Source: Acinetobacter wanghuae (GTDB lineage Bacteria > Pseudomonadota > Gammaproteobacteria > Pseudomonadales > Moraxellaceae). From it: 32,000 nt of DNA. The notes beneath the pieces are model-generated. The model saw only the letters and a program-made list of their open reading frames with translations. It was not told the origin of the DNA and ran no database searches. The stretch covers positions 1,830,001 to 1,862,000 of the forward strand of contig NZ_CP045650.1 in NCBI RefSeq assembly GCF_009557235.1, given 5' to 3'. Position numbers and translations under genes: made by a program. How positions within the stretch are numbered: position 1 is the first letter of the stretch; each line of letters starts with the position of its first letter. Positions 27,812 through 32,000 of the stretch are shown piece by piece.

Positions 27812-28780
27812 TTACTCTATTTGAGATTGCGCGACATCGATAAGCTGTTGCAGTTGTGTCGTGCCAGGACTATACAAACCGTTTTCAACCTGTTGTTCAA
27901 AATGGGTGCTAAAAGCCCGTTTACGATTTTGCGGAGATATCGCCAATGTCGTCAAACGTAAGAACCAGAATCCTGAAATGGCATCGAAAGGCATCACATA
28001 GCCTTTATATTGTTTATTTGGGCATTTATTTTCAATCGCATCACGATCGTAATCAACTGAAAATAAGGATCCTGCTGGGAGCCGCACTCCATTCATCAAA
28101 ACAGGTCTTAAGCTAATACAAGAATGATTATCCCCCATGTTTAATTTTTCAAGAAAAATAGGACGATTTTGATCATCGACAAAAATATTGATCTCACCTT
28201 CGCGTAATATTCGATGATGGGCAATTTTTAGAAAGAAGTTCTCTGCCATCGGACATGAACCTACTTTGGGCTTTTCGTGTAAGGTCGCAAGCTGTACCAA
28301 ATTGGTTTCTTCAAAGGTTTTCGGCAGGATAATATCTTCAATCATTTCACAGATGAGTTTACTTTCCTCAAGTGCTGCATGCTGCTTTAATTCTCGTAAA
28401 TTGTGTTGTAGCTGTGTCCATTGCACAAGATGTTGCTTGTAATCAGATGCGGATGCTTTTCCAATAAACTTGGTAATTTGATACGATTGATCGAGATGCC
28501 GCCACGAATCAATCTCTAAATCATTGATTTTTTGCTGATCAAGGATTTTCTTTAATGCTTTGACATCAATATTGTCGAAAAGCTTGAGATCATGAAACTC
28601 AACTGGATCACGTGGTAAGTTGATGTATTCCGCGAGTACACGTGTCGCTTGTGTATAACCACACCCACGACGTTCGGTTTGGTGCAAATAATGTTCATTC
28701 AACATTTCGACGAGTTTAGGAGACAGTGAATGAACATACTCGCGAAACAGCGTTACGATTTCATGATCGACTAAACCCAT
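27812..28780 (-). CDS. Hypothetical protein (322 aa), co-transcribed with the HDAC-fold enzyme
   Basis: Uninterrupted ORF. An AGGA SD lies 5 nt before the ATG at 28780 (MGLVDHEIV...), and the ORF track starts two codons earlier at 28786. Its stop is 6 nt before the deacylase ATG. I recognise no motif. Confidence 0.75.
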   Translation of the reverse strand: MGLVDHEIVTLFREYVHSLSPKLVEMLNEHYLHQTERRGCGYTQATRVLAEYINLPRDPVEFHDLKLFDNIDVKALKKILDQQKINDLEIDSWRHLDQSYQITKFIGKASASDYKQHLVQWTQLQHNLRELKQHAALEESKLICEMIEDIILPKTFEETNLVQLATLHEKPKVGSCPMAENFFLKIAHHRILREGEINIFVDDQNRPIFLEKLNMGDNHSCISLRPVLMNGVRLPAGSLFSVDYDRDAIENKCPNKQYKGYVMPFDAISGFWFLRLTTLAISPQNRKRAFSTHFEQQVENGLYSPGTTQLQQLIDVAQSQIE

Positions 28781-28946
28781 GATCATCCTATTATAGTAAT
28801 AAAGTTTCTATATCACTGAAATAGCATGATTTTAAGAAAAAGAATGAGGATCAAAACAAAATTTAACAATTTGATTTAAAATACTTTTATGATAAGAATC
28901 ATATATTTGAAAAAGATTACACTTCCGTTTGATTGCGTGATTTCCA

Positions 28947-29363
28947 TCATGCTTTTATAGGTAGGCTATAACTTCCTGTCACATGTGCCACAGGATCATC
29001 AATGCCTTCTGAATACACCCACACCTCACCCACCACAAGCACACGCCCGACTTTTATTAAACGTGCTTCAGCCACTAAGTTACGCGACCCATCAGGCTTA
29101 CGCAGAAAATGAATATTCATATTGGACGTGACTGCTAAAGCAACAATTCCCATCTCTGCAAGAATCGCCACATATAACGCAAAGTCAGCAATGGTCATAA
29201 TCGTCGGACCTGAGACTGTGCCGCCGGGTCGTAGCTCCTGTTCATCCACTCGATATGAGACTTGAGCATATTTTGACTGCACATCAATGACAGCGCATTT
29301 TTGCAGGCTTTGTGGAAATTCCTGTGCTAAGAACTGTTGAATCTCGAGAATATTGCTTTTCAT
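28947..29363 (-). CDS. PaaI-family hotdog-fold thioesterase
   Basis: 138-aa ORF with RPGGTVSGPTIMTIADFA and a typical PaaI/YigI-like layout. Confidence 0.82.
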   Translation of the reverse strand: MKSNILEIQQFLAQEFPQSLQKCAVIDVQSKYAQVSYRVDEQELRPGGTVSGPTIMTIADFALYVAILAEMGIVALAVTSNMNIHFLRKPDGSRNLVAEARLIKVGRVLVVGEVWVYSEGIDDPVAHVTGSYSLPIKA

Positions 29364-29371
29364 ACGTTAAA

Positions 29372-29407
29372 AAAATCTTCTATATTAGCTGCAATATAGA
29401 AGATTTT
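29372..29407 (-). terminator. Perfect 15-bp hairpin between tmk and the PaaI gene (terminator and/or translational occlusion element)
   Basis: AAAATCTTCTATATT-agctgc-AATATAGAAGATTTT. On the minus-strand RNA it is followed by extra U residues and then, 8 nt later, by the PaaI ATG. Confidence 0.55.
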
Positions 29408-29438
29408 GAATTGAAATAAGTCAGATTATATTGACCAA

Positions 29439-30044
29439 TCAGACTGCCATTAACAGTTTTTGTGCGTCTAAAAAAACTTGATCTGGGGTTTGTGTGGCAT
29501 CTAAACGCTTCACGCGTTCAGGATCAAGCTGCCATAAAGTTTTATAACCACCACGCACTTTCTCAAAGAAAGTGACTTTCTCTTGTTCAAAACGATCGAG
29601 TGCGCCGCGTTCACGCGCACGATTCATGCCCAATTCAATCGGTGCATCGAGCCAAAAGGTTAAATCTGGCATACGTGCAACAAAATTTTGATTCAGTAAA
29701 TTTAATTTATCTTCACTGAGTCCACGTCCGGCACACTGATAAGCAAAACTGGCATCGGTAAAACGATCACATAGCACAATTTTACCCGCGTCTAATGCAG
29801 GTAAAATCACCTGTGCCAAATGCTGTGCACGTGCAGCGTACATTAATAAAAGTTCAGTATCATGACACATGGCTTCTTCATGATTAACGCTGAGCAGTAA
29901 ACCACGGATACTTTCCGCCATAGGTGTGCCACCCGGTTCACGGGTTAAGACAACATCACGCCCTTGTGCGACAAATGCCTCGTAAATTCGACGAATAAGT
30001 GTAGTTTTACCGACACCCTCAGTGCCTTCAAAGCTGATAAACAT
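29439..30044 (-). CDS. tmk: Thymidylate kinase
   Basis: P-loop FISFEGTEGVGKTT and the DRF motif (CDRFTDAS). Confidence 0.95.
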   Translation of the reverse strand: MFISFEGTEGVGKTTLIRRIYEAFVAQGRDVVLTREPGGTPMAESIRGLLLSVNHEEAMCHDTELLLMYAARAQHLAQVILPALDAGKIVLCDRFTDASFAYQCAGRGLSEDKLNLLNQNFVARMPDLTFWLDAPIELGMNRARERGALDRFEQEKVTFFEKVRGGYKTLWQLDPERVKRLDATQTPDQVFLDAQKLLMAV

Positions 30045-30053
30045 GAATTTCCC

Positions 30054-31106
30054 TTATTTCTTTGAGCGTAAAACGGCAAGGTAGTCTTGTACCGCTTTAT
30101 TATGATCTTGCAAATTACTACTAAATGTATGACCACCATTGCCTGTAGCGACAAAATAAATATTGTCTGACTGATCAGGATGCATTGCCGCCTCAATAGC
30201 TTTTTTACTTGGTAATGCAATCGGTGTTGGTGGTAACCCTGAAATGGTATAAGTGTTATATGGCGTTGGGGTACGCAAATCCTGACGGGTAATATTGCCC
30301 TGATATTTATCCCCCATGCCGTAAATTACGGTTGGATCGGTTTGCAGACGCATGCCTAGTTTTAAACGACGCTCAAATACGCCCGATACCTGCTCAAGTT
30401 CGCTATCTAAGCTGGTTTCTTTTTCGATAATCGATGCCATGATCAAGGCTTCGTATTTATTTCCATAAGGCAAATCACTGGCGCGCTTCGCCCATGCGTC
30501 ATCGAGTGCTTTCATTTGGCGTTGATACAAGTCCGTCAAGATTTTACGGTCTGTTTCGCCTTTGGCAAAAAAGTAGGTATCAGGGGCAAATAACCCTTCA
30601 GGATGTGAATACGGAATATTCAATTCTTGCAGCAATTGCTTTGTCGGTAAGTGCACCACTTCTTTCGTGACTAAATCATCTTTTTTCAGCGCATCAATGA
30701 GTTGTTTAAACGTCGTACCTTCAATCACCAAAATACGATTCATTTCTGCGTTATCGGCATTTGAAATCATACTCAGGACTTGGGCGACACTCATGCCTTG
30801 GGTCACTTCATAGACACCTGCTTTCATCGAGTCATGAATCATAAAACGTTGATAAAGCTTAAGGACAATGGGAAAACTCACTTTTTTATCTTTTGCCAAT
30901 TGATCAATAAAACCTGAGTAAGTTTCACCATTTCCAATCACTAAACGTTGCTTATCACTTTCAACTGGATATTTTTTCCAGAGACTACTTTGCAAAATGA
31001 TTCCGGCAATGAGAAGCAGACCAATGACAAGTAGCAAAAGCCCTTTGATCGGTGAGCTTTTTTTAACTTTATTGTTCTTTTTGGTTTTAGGCTTTGAAGT
31101 TGACAT
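30054..31106 (-). CDS. mltG: Endolytic murein transglycosylase MltG (YceG family)
   Basis: N-terminal TM anchor and YceG motifs (LIMASIIEKET, LQTDPTVIYG, NTYTISGLPPTPI). It sits in the conserved pabC-mltG-tmk order. Confidence 0.93.
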   Translation of the reverse strand: MSTSKPKTKKNNKVKKSSPIKGLLLLVIGLLLIAGIILQSSLWKKYPVESDKQRLVIGNGETYSGFIDQLAKDKKVSFPIVLKLYQRFMIHDSMKAGVYEVTQGMSVAQVLSMISNADNAEMNRILVIEGTTFKQLIDALKKDDLVTKEVVHLPTKQLLQELNIPYSHPEGLFAPDTYFFAKGETDRKILTDLYQRQMKALDDAWAKRASDLPYGNKYEALIMASIIEKETSLDSELEQVSGVFERRLKLGMRLQTDPTVIYGMGDKYQGNITRQDLRTPTPYNTYTISGLPPTPIALPSKKAIEAAMHPDQSDNIYFVATGNGGHTFSSNLQDHNKAVQDYLAVLRSKK

Positions 31107-31920
31107 AAGACGACATCTGATCTAAACGGAGACGATTAAAAAGCTCAAGACAAGGCTGCGTATTTAAAGCACGCTGCTCAAATTGAGAAACCATTTTCAT
31201 AGGGCTGAGTGCATTACAAAAGAATAAACTTTGCATATGTGGCAGTTCATCCACCTCAATGCGACGCGAAACACATTCGATATCACACTGTTGCATACGC
31301 GCTAAAATTTCAGCCCGCATCACACCCAATACGCCATTATAACGAAGATCGGGTGTAATCCATGTATTGTTTATTTGAATAAAACAATTACTGCTCACCC
31401 CTTCAACAATCGCACCCTGAATATCCACCACCAACGCTTCAGCCCAGCCTTTTTGATCCGCTTCAGTTTTCAGCATGACTTGTTCAAGCCGATTGAGCGT
31501 TTTTAGCCCTACTAAATTCGGCATCGTGAGACCGATGGGCTGTGCTAATACGCCGCTTTCAATGACTTGATGATTGAAACTTTGAATAGATTGAGGATAG
31601 TAAAATACCCAAAGATCAGCTGGATGATCAGGCAAACTGTAACCACGTTGTCCAATACCGCGACTTAAGACAATTTTTAATGTGCCCTTTAATGCTGTAT
31701 ATTCCTGTCTTAAAACAGCTAAAGTCTGTTCAATAGATGACAGATTTGCGTTAAGACTTAGTCTTTCATTGCTATCGCTTAGACGTAATAAATGGCGTTC
31801 CCATAATTCAATCTGGTTATTGACAATACGTGCTGTGGTAAAACAGCCATCACCATAATGAAAAGCACGATCAAGCACATCGATCTGTTCAATTTTTTGC
31901 GCATTCTTATAACATAGCAT
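31087..31920 (-). CDS. pabC: Aminodeoxychorismate lyase (class IV aminotransferase fold)
   Basis: 277-aa ORF beginning RAFHYGDGCFTT... with a class IV fold layout. It overlaps mltG by 20 nt, in the same order as E. coli pabC-mltG-tmk. Confidence 0.8.
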   Translation of the reverse strand: MLCYKNAQKIEQIDVLDRAFHYGDGCFTTARIVNNQIELWERHLLRLSDSNERLSLNANLSSIEQTLAVLRQEYTALKGTLKIVLSRGIGQRGYSLPDHPADLWVFYYPQSIQSFNHQVIESGVLAQPIGLTMPNLVGLKTLNRLEQVMLKTEADQKGWAEALVVDIQGAIVEGVSSNCFIQINNTWITPDLRYNGVLGVMRAEILARMQQCDIECVSRRIEVDELPHMQSLFFCNALSPMKMVSQFEQRALNTQPCLELFNRLRLDQMSSYVNFKA

Positions 31921-32000
31921 GCTGATTCGACCTCTTCCTTTGCACTTTTAACGCGATATATAGATGCGAACTAGATATCTTTTTTCCTCACATAAATTTC

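Noticed and set aside
14402-29363. Three hotdog-fold thioesterase genes in one 32-kb window (14402-14833, 23028-23534, 28947-29363), considered as a possible dispersed system
   Set aside because: They sit in separate transcription units, belong to different subfamilies (two PaaI-type, one YbgC-type) and have unrelated neighbours. Hotdog thioesterases are simply abundant.

Overview
This AT-rich window (roughly 40% GC by eye) is almost entirely conserved gamma-proteobacterial housekeeping chromosome. Gene content and order look Moraxellaceae/Acinetobacter-like, but that is inference and no database was searched.

Gene content, left to right:
- a LysR regulator, followed by the first 11 codons of an FAD enzyme at the left edge;
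- a decayed P4-type integrase next to tRNA-Arg(CCG);
- a yadG/yadH-like ABC-2 exporter operon that also carries queF and an unknown 216-aa protein;
- mltB and an rlpA-like gene;
- a 570-bp ORF-free spacer, then a DUF3465 gene;
- one intact IS30-family insertion sequence;
- the divergent pair rpsB-tsf and map;
- a class-I aminotransferase, a PaaI thioesterase, an orphan gene and tRNA-Asn(GTT);
- a long minus-strand cluster: lepA-lepB-DUF4845-rnc-era-(small lipoprotein)-recO-pdxJ-miaE;
- a YbgC-like thioesterase, a DegP/MucD-like protease and nadB;
- a two-gene cassette made of a minimal HDAC-fold deacylase and an unrecognisable 322-aa protein;
- a second PaaI thioesterase, then pabC-mltG-tmk.

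I see no CRISPR array, no rRNA, and no recognisable defence, toxin-antitoxin or secretion system.

The best candidate for something undescribed is the HDAC-fold plus unknown-protein cassette at 26936-28786. The evidence for it being a system is contextual only. Smaller points worth a second look:
- a 59-aa lipoprotein gene that falls below the ORF-track cutoff, between era and recO;
- the IS30 insertion in the promoter region of the DUF3465 gene;
- the integrase scar at tRNA-Arg;
- a perfect 15-bp hairpin abutting a start codon;
- the unusually long convergent spacer.
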